A DNA stretch of 64,000 nt, taken from assembly GCA_000004985.1 (NCBI GenBank), contig GG738909.1; one strand, given 5' to 3'. Under the pieces are notes generated by a model. It saw nothing but the letters and a program-made list of their open reading frames with translations. It made no database searches and was not told the DNA's origin. The DNA is from Naegleria gruberi (lineage: Eukaryota). Numbering within the stretch: position 1 is the first letter of the stretch; the number at the start of each line of letters is the position of its first letter. The position numbers and the translations under genes are program-made. Positions 46,311 to 56,683 of this stretch are shown one piece after another.

Positions 46311-46391
46311 GCAGACTTGGCCGAGTGGTTAAGGCGACAGACTTGAAATCTGTTGGGGAAACCTTCGTAGGTTCGAATCCTGCAGTCTGCG
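46311..46391 (+). tRNA. tRNA-Ser(UGA): tRNA-Ser (anticodon UGA), class II with a long variable arm
   Basis: GCAGACT-TG-GCCGAGTGGTTAAGGC...ACAGA-CTTGAAA-TCTGT-variable arm-GGTTCGAATCC...AGTCTGC-G. A T4 run follows. Confidence 0.85.
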
Positions 46392-46448
46392 TCTGAAATT
46401 TTGTTTGGATAGAAAGTATTCAATTTGGTTGGATATCCACTATAAAAA

Positions 46449-46793
46449 ATGTCTCGCGCCAAGTCTAGTGATGTATTTCTTTTTGGTTTAATTTGTGGGT
46501 TTGTTTTATCAGCACCAACATTCCTATTAGCATGTAAATATTTCAAACAATCTCCATTACTAATTTGTCCAGTGACGAGTGCATCTTTGGGTTTTTTCTT
46601 TAGTGCTGCCTATCAATGGGAATGGGGAATCGGATGGCCAACTGGATTGGGATGTACATGTGCAATTACATTGAATAGTTTGGGTATGATGATGTTTACT
46701 TCGGATGATGAATTTGGAGAATGGATTTCTCTGATTGCATATACTGTTGCTAGTGGATTGATTGGAAGTTGGTGTGGAGCTCAATCACAATAA
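46449..46793 (+). CDS. Small multi-pass membrane protein (114 aa) of unknown family
   Basis: ATG in an aaaaaATGtc context, with GC-enriched codon usage and 3-4 hydrophobic helices. Confidence 0.4.
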   Translation: MSRAKSSDVFLFGLICGFVLSAPTFLLACKYFKQSPLLICPVTSASLGFFFSAAYQWEWGIGWPTGLGCTCAITLNSLGMMMFTSDDEFGEWISLIAYTVASGLIGSWCGAQSQ

Positions 46794-46952
46794 TATATTG
46801 AAATATTGTACCTAAAATGAAACGCCATTAATTTTTATTATTTTCCTAGTTTGAAATTATTTGAATCATAACATTGTTTATCATGTATTCCAAGAATTCA
46901 TCATAATTTTAAGCAACAATAGATGACTTTTTGATACAAGCTTAAATGAAAG

Positions 46953-47077
46953 AGGTAGTGAAATGTGAAATACTTTTATAATGAATGTGCTCGTCTCGTG
47001 GTGTAATGGTAGCATAGTGGACTTTGAATCCATTGACGGAGGTTCGATTCCTCCCGAGACGGTAACGTGGCGAGCCA
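46953..47077 (+). repeat. Second copy of the tRNA-Gln-containing direct repeat
   Basis: Matches 41913..42038 with two indel/substitution differences in the flanks. Confidence 0.7.
46992..47062 (+). tRNA. tRNA-Gln(UUG): tRNA-Gln (anticodon UUG), copy 2, identical to copy 1
   Basis: The 71-nt sequence is identical to 41952..42022, offset by 5,040 bp on the same strand. A T7 run lies downstream. Confidence 0.85.
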
Positions 47078-47183
47078 TGAAATTTTTTTGCTGATTGAAC
47101 AATTCCTTTTTGGATTTAAATGATTGGTTTTAAAATAACATTTTTAAGAAGATTTACATATAAAAAAAAGAAAATATTTTTCA

Positions 47184-47714
47184 TTAAACTAAATCCTTAA
47201 TCATAATAATATCACATCTTGAACATAAATGTTTATCCTCACAATCAATAACTCTTGAAAATCCAAATTTTTCATACAATGCAAGTGCCTCCACTAAAAC
47301 AGAAGCAGTTTCCAATTCCATTTGTTTATAATTCATTTCCTTAGCTTTTTCTATGGCTCTTTCCAATAATTTTCTACCTAATCCCTTTCCTCTATATTCC
47401 TCTCTCAAATACATTTTTCTCAATTCACATTTACTTTCGGATAATTTATAAATTCCACAACTGGCAATAATTTTTGATTCAATGGATGAAGAATTGGAAT
47501 TTAATTCAACTATTTCTAAATAACCATTATTTGTAAAGTAATACTTTTCAATATTTAATAAATCATCATCAATATTATCGGAAGGATCTTGAATTTGTTT
47601 AAGACCATATTTAGTAAGAATTTGAGTGACCATTTCTAGAATTTGTGGTCCATCTTGTTCCGTTGCTGCTCTGAATGTGATGAAATTATTATTATCACTA
47701 CTTGGTTTACTCAT
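47184..47714 (-). CDS. GNAT-family N-acetyltransferase
   Basis: ATG 47714..47712 (MSKPSSDNNNF...). Motif A is present as RKMYLREEYRGKGLGRKLLERAIEKAKEM (R/Q-x-x-G-x-G/A), and the acetyl-CoA-binding region ends ...LYEKFGF. Confidence 0.8.
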   Translation of the reverse strand: MSKPSSDNNNFITFRAATEQDGPQILEMVTQILTKYGLKQIQDPSDNIDDDLLNIEKYYFTNNGYLEIVELNSNSSSIESKIIASCGIYKLSESKCELRKMYLREEYRGKGLGRKLLERAIEKAKEMNYKQMELETASVLVEALALYEKFGFSRVIDCEDKHLCSRCDIIMIKDLV

Positions 47715-47792
47715 TTTTTTTATTAAATTAATATAATTTTTATTCAATTAAATATATTATTAGGTGGTGTGAAATCAATTTCAAAATATGAA

Positions 47793-49439
47793 ATGGAAAT
47801 GTTTTGGAAGATTGTAAGAATCTCTTTAAAAAAAATGTCAAACAATGAGGAAGGTGAATCACAACATTTACTTTCTAATAATGATCGGAATGAGAATAAT
47901 CAAGACGAAATACAAACAAATCTTAATTCACCCAATAACGATCTAAATTTTTCACAAACTAATTCTCATAGTACTGATAATCATGAAACTCCTGATTCAG
48001 AAGAAACTCTTTTTATTAATTTAGGAAATAATTCATTCATTGAAAAATATCCATCAAGAGTAAAAGATGAATATAAAAAGATTATTTGCTGTCAATTAAT
48101 TACTTTAATTTCAAATGAGAGAAAATTAACTAATTTCGTATATTTATTAGCTTGTTTATGGATGTTTATTTGTGTATTAATTGGTGGTTCATTATTTTCT
48201 GCTGCTCTGTCAACTGTCGATGAAGCTGATTGTGGAGCTGCTTCAATTATTTATAATGAATGTGGAAAATCATTGAATTGTACTGTTTATGATGGAAAAT
48301 CATTGAATTTGAGAGGATCAATATTTCAATCTAATATGTTTCTAACAGTTTCGAATTTAAATAGAAGTATGAATGATAATATGAAACATGTCATTGAATT
48401 GGCATGTCCTGAATTATGTTACAAAACAGGAATGTGGGATTTTGAAAATTGTGAAAAATTTAACATGAAACTTTCGAATATTTGTTTAAATTACGATTCA
48501 GAATATTGTCTAGTGAGTGAATTGATGGTTGAAGGATTGACTTCACTAATAGAATTGAAGAGATTTGATTTGGGTGTTGTTTATTCATATTTTATTCAAC
48601 CATTTCTTCCACTCATTCTAATCAATATTTTACAAAATGTTGCAGATATTGCTTTAGATTTAATTAGAAATACGAAATCACTTGGAAGAATGTTAACTAT
48701 TTCAGTATTAACACTTTTATCACATTTACTTTATTTAATTCCAATTATTGTAAAGTATGAAAAGACATTTGGAAAGTGGAATATTTTCAATTTCTTTCAA
48801 CCATTGATTTCTTCATTACTTTTACTTTCTTTATTGGAATTTATAATGCCATTCTATAGAGCTCTGTATTCGAATGTTCCTAAAATTACTCTTGGTGAAA
48901 AATTACTTTTATGGATTAAGGAAAAAAAGAATGGAAAGAAGAAATCGAATCAAGAGATGATTACTTTCAAAGAGACAATCTCTGTAAAACTGAGAAAGCA
49001 CTTACACACCATCAAGCAAACTTTATTTAATTCTAAACTTGACATGAGTTATACTCCTCAAAACAATTCGAATCAAGAACAGGTGAATAATGAAGAGACA
49101 GGTGACAACAATTTAGTTAATCAAGAACATGTTTATAGATTGAATGCCATATTTCTACTCATTGGTTATTTAATATTACTTGCTATATTTGAAGGATTGT
49201 GTGGAATTGTCATGGCATTCAAAATAATTTCCATTTCAAGAGGTTATTTTATTTGCATTACAATTGCTTACTTGATCACTTCATTTGCATTCATTACAAT
49301 TTTATGTATGATTAAGAAGGAAAAGAAATGGTTGGGATTCATTATTCAAATCATTATCATGTTTGTCTCGTTTTGTGTTATTGTTGGATCATTCACCTAT
49401 GTTTGGATTGTATTCAATTTTCAACCTTATTCATACTAA
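47793..49439 (+). CDS. Hypothetical polytopic membrane protein with 8 or more predicted TM helices
   Basis: Long ORF (track 47769..49439). The first ATG is at 47793. Multiple hydrophobic helices are present, and Cys-rich loops lie between 48150 and 48480. Confidence 0.45.
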   Translation: MEMFWKIVRISLKKMSNNEEGESQHLLSNNDRNENNQDEIQTNLNSPNNDLNFSQTNSHSTDNHETPDSEETLFINLGNNSFIEKYPSRVKDEYKKIICCQLITLISNERKLTNFVYLLACLWMFICVLIGGSLFSAALSTVDEADCGAASIIYNECGKSLNCTVYDGKSLNLRGSIFQSNMFLTVSNLNRSMNDNMKHVIELACPELCYKTGMWDFENCEKFNMKLSNICLNYDSEYCLVSELMVEGLTSLIELKRFDLGVVYSYFIQPFLPLILINILQNVADIALDLIRNTKSLGRMLTISVLTLLSHLLYLIPIIVKYEKTFGKWNIFNFFQPLISSLLLLSLLEFIMPFYRALYSNVPKITLGEKLLLWIKEKKNGKKKSNQEMITFKETISVKLRKHLHTIKQTLFNSKLDMSYTPQNNSNQEQVNNEETGDNNLVNQEHVYRLNAIFLLIGYLILLAIFEGLCGIVMAFKIISISRGYFICITIAYLITSFAFITILCMIKKEKKWLGFIIQIIIMFVSFCVIVGSFTYVWIVFNFQPYSY

Positions 49440-49627
49440 ACTATTCATTTATTCAACAAAATACTTATGTTTTTTATTTACAAATTATTATTTTATATAA
49501 TTTATAATTAAAGTTGAGAAAAAAGAGAAAAATGTTTCTCTCAAACTCATAGCACAATAGAGGCGCTGGAAACTGAAATGTCCACTTTGTCTGTTCGCAC
49601 TTTAAGAATTTGAAATAATTATTCGAA

Positions 49628-49975
49628 ATGTCAGGTAATAACAAGAAAGGAACTCTTCCTTGGTTTTTTAAAGACATTAATTCAACTCATTTAAACTTTG
49701 AAGGAGACTTTGACAGAGAGCAACAAGAGGATGTAATAGTTGATAAAAGCTTGGGAGAAACGAACAAAAAAAGACAAGTTGAGGAATTTGGAATTACATT
49801 AGTTGCTGAGGAAGATAAGAAATGTTCAAATGAAATTAGTGATGCCATCTCATTACAAACAATTGAATTGAAACAACTCGAAGGACAAAACTTGCCTGAA
49901 GGTGAACGATTAACAGAAAAACAATTGCAAGCATATATATATCACTGCGTTCTAAATGGAAAACGGTTAAGATAG
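49628..49975 (+). CDS. Hypothetical small acidic protein, 115 aa
   Basis: ATG at 49628 in a cgaaATGtc context; no family recognised. Confidence 0.3.
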   Translation: MSGNNKKGTLPWFFKDINSTHLNFEGDFDREQQEDVIVDKSLGETNKKRQVEEFGITLVAEEDKKCSNEISDAISLQTIELKQLEGQNLPEGERLTEKQLQAYIYHCVLNGKRLR

Positions 49976-50122
49976 ATTGTGCATTCGAGTACATGTTCGA
50001 TAAGAATGAAGATGATGAAGACAATGAAGATGCAGCACGAGATAATCCTTGTACATAAATTTTGTATTTTTCATTCTTCTGGCATGGAAGGATATTTTGT
50101 TAAATATTTATTTGAAATTGTA

Positions 50123-50614
50123 TTAATCAATAATCAATTTCCTTAACTTTTCTTCAATTTCTTCCTTTTCCTTTTTCACATTTTCACATTCTTGTTTCAT
50201 TCTTTCCATTCCAATATTGAGCTGATCGCTGATGGTTCCTCCTAATAGCAAAACACTTTCATTTCGTGCTTGCATTTCTCTCTGATCCATTTCTAATTCT
50301 CTCAACATGTATTTTAATTTCAGAGATGTCATTTGGAATTCTTCAGTGTTTCTCTTTTTCATTTCTATCAATTCAATGAATTTTTTCTTGATTTCTGCAA
50401 TTTCTAATAATTCTTGTACTGATTTTTCAACTCTAGAATCACTTCCTAACAATTTCGAATAATTCTTGATCAAGGTTCTCCAAAAAGTTTCTGATTGAAC
50501 CAATTGCTCATGAGTTGATTTGTTAATAGAAAGAATGTTTTTTAAATGTTTAACAGAGAGATTGGAAAATATTTCAATTTGCAACTCGGATGGTAGATCA
50601 ACAAAGTTTGACAT
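50123..50614 (-). CDS. Small F-box plus coiled-coil protein
   Basis: ATG at 50614. The segment DLPSELQIEIFSNLSVKHLKNILSINKSTHEQL...W fits the F-box consensus and is followed by heptad-rich sequence. Confidence 0.5.
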   Translation of the reverse strand: MSNFVDLPSELQIEIFSNLSVKHLKNILSINKSTHEQLVQSETFWRTLIKNYSKLLGSDSRVEKSVQELLEIAEIKKKFIELIEMKKRNTEEFQMTSLKLKYMLRELEMDQREMQARNESVLLLGGTISDQLNIGMERMKQECENVKKEKEEIEEKLRKLIID

Positions 50615-50884
50615 TTTTTTTAATTTATGGAACTGAAGGGAAACAATTATCACGAGTTACAATGTGATGATGAGTGAGAATACACAATTTGAGATTCTCA
50701 ATTATTATTCTCGAGATTTTGAAATAGCAGAAACCGTTCTATTAATTCAATTAAAAATTGTTAATAAATATTATATTCATAGGGGAATAATTGATGAAAT
50801 TTTCATCTGAATACCAACTTTGCAGATTGTGATAAAAACGTATTAGGAAATATATTTCAATCGAAAAATATGGAAATAAAATCT

Positions 50885-50940
50885 GCAGAAGGTGGGATTT
50901 GAAATAGCGAAGCTTGCCCTTTGACCACTCGGGAACCCCT
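50885..50940 (-). pseudogene. tRNA-derived fragment (class II Leu/Ser-like D-arm, degenerate 3' half)
   Basis: The minus strand reads GGGGTTC-CC-GAGTGGTCAAAGGG.... A ...CCCACC remnant follows, but no acceptor pairing or intact T-arm is present. It lies about 220 bp from tRNA-Asp. Confidence 0.3.
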
Positions 50941-51161
50941 ATTCTTACCAGCCATGGGTTGTGAATGGAATATTTGTGAATATGTAGATTGGCTCATTTA
51001 ACAGAATTACATGGAAAAAAAAAAGTGTCTAAACTGAGATTATTCTTTCTATGGTTTTAAGAGATGAAATTTTGAAATTTGGTACCTGTGTATAGTACAT
51101 ATATTTCTTCATATGATTGAAAAATTAATACTCAAAACTAAAAGATAAAGCTAAAAATTAA

Positions 51162-51232
51162 TCTCGAGTGCCGGGAATTGAACCCGGGTCGCCAGAGTGA
51201 CAGTCTGGAATGCTACCACTATACCACACCCG
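51162..51232 (-). tRNA. tRNA-Asp(GUC): tRNA-Asp (anticodon GUC)
   Basis: The minus strand reads TCGGGTG-TG-GTATAGTGGTAGCAT-T-CCAGA-CTGTCAC-TCTGG-CGAC-CCGGG-TTCAATT-CCCGG-CACTCGA-G. It matches the eukaryotic tRNA-Asp consensus, and a T5 run follows immediately downstream. Confidence 0.85.
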
Positions 51233-51674
51233 ATTTCATGTTAGTAACTGAAAACTAGCTCTTTCTATATGTTGATACCTATTATTTTTCATACGTTTAT
51301 CCAACCTTGCTGAAACTCTCATAACTAACTTCAACACAAATGGCTAATTGTTGTTCAATAATTAGATTCCCAATGTTAATATTTAGTAGGTGTTATTTAA
51401 TCTTTACCTCCTTTGGACAACATGTCACGAGAAATGAACATTTTAATAAAGTGTCCTAGTAATAATTTATTCATCTTCAATAGATTATTATATAAGTTAA
51501 GTGATACAATACAAGGAAGTACAAGATGATGATGATGATTGTAGTAGGGTTTGTTGTTGAATAAAGAGCGTGGAACTTTTTGTAGAGGAAGGTTCATGAT
51601 GAAATCAAATTTGGGAATTATTGGGTATGAAGGGTATGAAAAGGAAAATTATCAATGATAAAAGTGGATTAATA

Positions 51675-52427
51675 CTACTCTTCTGTAGGGTATGGATTGC
51701 TACTGAATGCCATCTTTCCAATTAGACTATCTGTGATATCAACAAATCCGTGTGGTTTTGAACCTCCTCTATTATTCTTGCTCTTTTCAACTTTGACCTT
51801 CTTTGAGTAGGCTCGTGTAAAGGAACTATCTGTGAATTGGAAACAAATTTCAGCTTGGGATAATTCATTTTGAGATTTACCACCCTTTCTACTTGTTTGT
51901 TCATAGAAAGTTTCAACAGAATTTCTGAAACGTTTGCATGATTGTAGTTTCCCATCGGATGATTCAATATGAGTGGTAATTTGTTGTACGGTTTCATCTC
52001 TGAATTTAATATCAATAATCATGTATATGGTCTTTTCTTCTCTCCAATCGATTTCAATATTGAGAATATTGGTCAGAAGGGTATTTTCTTCAAATCCCTT
52101 TCTATTGGTAATCTGAACCAGATAATTACCAGAATCTCCAGAATTAAATGGTTTGGTTTTTCGTTTTTTAGTATTCTCATTCTTCACTCTCGATATATTA
52201 TTATTATTATTATTATTGGTGCTACTACTTGTACTACTCCTATAATTATCATCATATGAAACTTCTTCTTCTCCATCTGAGTGTTCTCCCTCTGATGATT
52301 CATTAGATGAGTATTCTTCCGATGACTCATAGCTTTCCTCTAATTTCCTCTTTTTGGTGAGTGAAATCAATAAGTTTGCTGCATCCTCTATTGACTTGAT
52401 ATCCATTTCTTGAACTGATAACATCAT
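51675..52427 (-). CDS. Hypothetical acidic/Ser-rich protein, 250 aa
   Basis: ATG 52427..52425. It has an acidic S-rich N-terminal half with a poly-N run; no family recognised. Confidence 0.4.
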   Translation of the reverse strand: MMLSVQEMDIKSIEDAANLLISLTKKRKLEESYESSEEYSSNESSEGEHSDGEEEVSYDDNYRSSTSSSTNNNNNNNISRVKNENTKKRKTKPFNSGDSGNYLVQITNRKGFEENTLLTNILNIEIDWREEKTIYMIIDIKFRDETVQQITTHIESSDGKLQSCKRFRNSVETFYEQTSRKGGKSQNELSQAEICFQFTDSSFTRAYSKKVKVEKSKNNRGGSKPHGFVDITDSLIGKMAFSSNPYPTEE

Positions 52428-53013
52428 TTCATTATACTACACGATTTAACGTGAAAAATCAAATACTTTCAAAAAGACTGAATAATCTCAAATATAAAAA
52501 TTTCTACTATAGTGTCGACTCAAAATGATGATGACTCTATATAAATTACTGCTGTGTGATGACGAAAACCGGAGCGATGGTAATCTTTATCGTTTTTTTA
52601 CTTTTGAAAAAATCAAAAAGCGCGGCAAACAACTTGTTCGCTAATATTTTTGTGATTCGTTTTTTTAACAACAAAGTTTTCTTCTTTCACTTGGAAAAAC
52701 CCGCTAAAAAACTTTGCAACAAGAGGAAGAAAACACAATTGTTCCCTACTGGCAATCTCATCACCATCAATCATTTTGTTGTGAACATGCCTGATTGCGC
52801 AAATATTGTTGCTGAAATATTGGAATCAATGATGATTTACGGATAAAGGGTTCATTGTGGTATCATGATGGTAATTAATCTGCTTGTTGTACACCAACAT
52901 CATCAACGTTGCTATGAGACAAACCAACAACAGTGATAATGAGAGTGATGGATGGCTTGTTTCAATTTTGATTACATCACCACAATATTCATATGGTTCT
53001 TTAGTAGTATAAT

Positions 53014-53579
53014 TTACAAGCCTTTTAATTGTTCTGCAAATCCTTGATTGAGACAAACAATGGAACGTTTCTTCTTTACATTACCATAGTATGCTTCTTC
53101 AAATGTCATTCCCTTCTTCAACATCAAGTAGGCTGTTACTATGGAGGCACTTCTACTCACTCCTCTTGAACACTTTTAATAATAATTTAATATAATTTAA
53201 TATAATTACAATGATGATTATTTAGATATTGTTTGTAGTTAATATATTTCTATTTGAATTTTAATCAGAACAAACCTACATGAACAAGTACTCTATTATT
53301 TTCATCTCCATTCAGTGCATTGTCAATAAACTCTGCACATGATTTAACATCTTTTGTAATGTTATAAACTGGTAAATCGACAGCCTTGATATGATAATAT
53401 TCAATTTGAGATGTTTTCTCATGTTTCTTAATGAGCCCGAAACCACATACACAAATATGAGTGAATTTATAGGGTTCTCCTTTTAATATATTGATATCTG
53501 CATAGGCAGCATCTTCACTTCCGAGAAATAATCGTGGAATAATTTCATTACAATCTAGTTCATCATTAACTTTTGACAT
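53014..53579 (-). CDS. Small dual-specificity protein phosphatase (DUSP), 152 aa. Exons: 53280..53579 and 53014..53172.
   Basis: Exon 1 (ATG 53579..53577) encodes IIPRLFLGSEDAAYADINILKGEPYKFTHIC...NRVLVH|GTAGGT. A 107-bp AT-rich intron ends in AAAG. Exon 2 encodes CSRGVSRSASIVTAYLMLKKGMTFEEAYYGNVKKKRSIVCLNQGFAEQLKGL. Joining the exons reconstitutes the catalytic VHCxxGxxRS motif. The total of 459 nt is in frame. Confidence 0.8.
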
Positions 53580-53635
53580 TTTTATTTGCCATACTTTTGA
53601 ATACTAGAAATAATTAAACGAAAAGTATTTTCAAT

Positions 53636-56498
53636 TTACAACTTAATGCTGCTTTCTGATATTGAAATAGGTTTAGCTAATTTTTGCAAAATTTCTTGGT
53701 GGTGTTTTTTTGTTGATACAACATACATCCCACCAGCTTTCAGCTCGTCTTTTTCACTTAATAAATCCATGGACAATTCATCATAAATACAATCTACATT
53801 ACTAAATTTTTGGCAAAAAGTCAGTATGTCCCCTTTGTTTCTTAGAGGAACTTTAAAGCTTTGTTTAAATTGTTCGCAATCGAATTGTATGGAAATGAAT
53901 GACAACTTGTTCTTGTTGCACGTTTCTTCTGAAAATCTGTCCAAAATGTAGGAATAAATAATTTCAAAATCTGAACCAAAGTGTTTCGCATCTATCTCCA
54001 TTGCCATTGATGGACTAGATTGGAATGCTTCTAGCTTGTGCTTCCAGTGAAAATCAAAGATTTTGGACTGGCTTTTGCTGACACATACCAAACAATCATC
54101 AACTCCCTCTATTAAGAGAGCCAAACTGGCAGCCATTATGTTCCATTCCTCCTCATACATTCTATCTTCTTCTACAATCAAAATAATGAGGTCATAAAAG
54201 GACAGTTTTACTTTCCTTGATGTGTCTGATATAACATCCACTGAACAAAGATCGCCAAGAGGTGATAATTGAATGAAATTTACGAGTACTTCAGCAATAT
54301 CATTTTCTGCATGAATTGCAATAGTGACTTTTTGTTTGGTAAGTTCCTTTCGGATTTCATTAAAGCGGCTTATCATGGTAACAGCATTAGTATTCTTTTC
54401 ATTTGCTTTCAAATGTAATGAATTTTTTTCAATCGTTTCTTCTATCAATCGGTAATTCACAATTTGTTGTTGAAATGGTGACAAATTTTCTTTTGTTAAA
54501 TAGAATAATCTCTTGCAAAGATCAAGATATGATTGGATGGTGTGTGAATGTTTTTGAGAGATGGCTAGATTGATATAACTTGAAGAACCAATTCCAACAC
54601 ACATGGTGGTAAGAATACTCTTTATGCTCAAGCCTTTTCCAATACTTTCGCTTGCACCTCTTAGTGAATTACCTGCCCTTGGTATTGAACTTATTGAGAG
54701 ATACTTATACAAATGGAAAGAACCGTAAGCTGCCACTCCCAATCCAACTAGGCCAATAATTCCATACAGTGCATAGGAAAGCAGTGAGCTGTCTTCCGAG
54801 GAGGATATCTTTTGAATGAAATTATCTATTTTCATCAAAAGTGTACCTTTGTCAATATCAAAATCTTCATCTTGAAGAGTTGTGAAATCAATATCAAGCA
54901 TCTTTTTTAGGTAATCCGAACTTAAGGAACTTTTTGACAATCTGCCAGTGTGAAGATGCTTCACAACCATAAACAATAGGTTAACTGGATCCATACTGGA
55001 AACTACCACTTCTTGTTTACTATTTGGGCTAGGTCTAGCAAAGTATACTGCGAACACAAATGATGTTTTTCCAAACCAATAATTCACCTCAAACTGAATG
55101 CTTATACTGTCCTCAAGTTTTTCGTCTGATTTGATTGTAAAACATATATTATCAGAGTTAATTACTGGCGTTGAAATGGAGATATTGGTTTTAGAGCTGG
55201 TCATATTTAAAATTGTTTTGAAAATACCATTTCTATCTGAAATGTGGATTTTAAATGAACGATCTTTCATATCTGAAACAAAATAAGTAGATTTACCTAA
55301 TTGTTTCTCAATCATCTTGCTGTTTTCATTGATAGAAGCAATTCTTGTAAGGCAAGGTTCGATCTCACAAATATCAAACATCATACTTTTAACTTTTCTA
55401 TGGTTGGGTGTTGATATTACAAAGAGGGAATGAAACGCATTGATGTAACTAATCATTTTACTCCTTTCTAAAAAGGTAGTATCAGTAATCTCACCTGTTG
55501 ATGCACTAATCGCATCTACATTGAAAGAGACAATTTCACTAGTACTGAATGTATAGAATACTCCAATCTTTGAGTATGTTAACCATTCAATTATTTTGGT
55601 TGCTATTGTCGGGAAGTTTGACTTTAGCTTGGGAGTAGCCATTGTAACTAATTTCCAAAATAATCCAGAGAAAGTGAACAAATCATCGTTTACGTAATCT
55701 GAAATCTGTTTAAACGAGTCAACTAGAGTATCAAAAGTGGAAACTCCATCCACCAACAACTTTACAAAATTAACTTGATCTACCTTGATAGGAGATGAGT
55801 GTTTGGTAGGTTTTTCAGAATAGTTTGCTATTTGTTGAAGTGCTAGTAAACAAGGTTGTACCAAATCTTTTTCGTAGAGAAACCATAGAAATTGTTTTGA
55901 GTATTTGGAAATTTCTTCCTTGACCACACTAGATGCAAAAAGTGGAGCTCCAAATCCCACACAATAGACATGTTCTTTCTTTTTAGGCTTTGAGTGGAGC
56001 ACTCTAATAGCAGCCAATCCAGCTAGAGAACCTCCTGAATTAGTTATGTCATAATTTACATTGGAGGAGACAACACTTACCAATTGAATGTCCGCAAAAT
56101 ACTACCTTGTAGCCTTTATCTAAATAATCAATGAAAAAATTCATTTGCATAGCACTTATTTTTGCACTAAAGCCTCTATGGTAAGATCCATTGCTTTCCT
56201 CCAAAGAGGTCGGAAAGCAATTTAAATTTGCCAAAATGTCTGAAACAGTTTCACTACCCTTGAATGCTACGTACAAAATTTTGGGATCTGATGATTCAGC
56301 CATTAGAAAGGGGTGAATATTCATGTCAGTTGATTTAACAAGTTGATCAACTATTACATTGCAACCAGAATAATTGCCAATATGTTCAACAGGGTCTTGT
56401 GAGTAACAACAATCAGAAAGTATGGCACATGTACTGATTATTTCTTTGCTAATATGAATGTCTTTAAGATGCTCATCAATGGTTTGTTGTTTGGACAT
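53636..56498 (-). CDS. Class-3 (fungal-type) lipase-domain protein with a long C-terminal extension, 938 aa. Exons: 56081..56498 and 53636..56034.
   Basis: Exon 1 (ATG 56498..56496) encodes ...ILYVAFKGSETVSDILANLN...YHRGF...KVVFCGHSIG|GTAAGT. A 46-bp intron contains ACTAAT and ends in TTCAG. Exon 2 encodes GSLAGLAAIRV.... Joining the exons yields the GHS(I/L)GGSLAGLA nucleophile elbow. The total of 2817 nt is in frame. Confidence 0.8.
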
Positions 56499-56683
56499 TT
56501 TTTACAATAGAATTAATAACGTTTCTGAGAAACGTGATGACAAATTGAAAAGAAAAAATCCCATCTTGTAAATAACTATTTAACCAGGAAATCCGATACT
56601 TTTAATAACGTTTGCAAAAAAGAAAACAATACCAATTCCTTATTCTTGTTGTCTTCATTCTCATTCATTCATATGTCAAAAAA

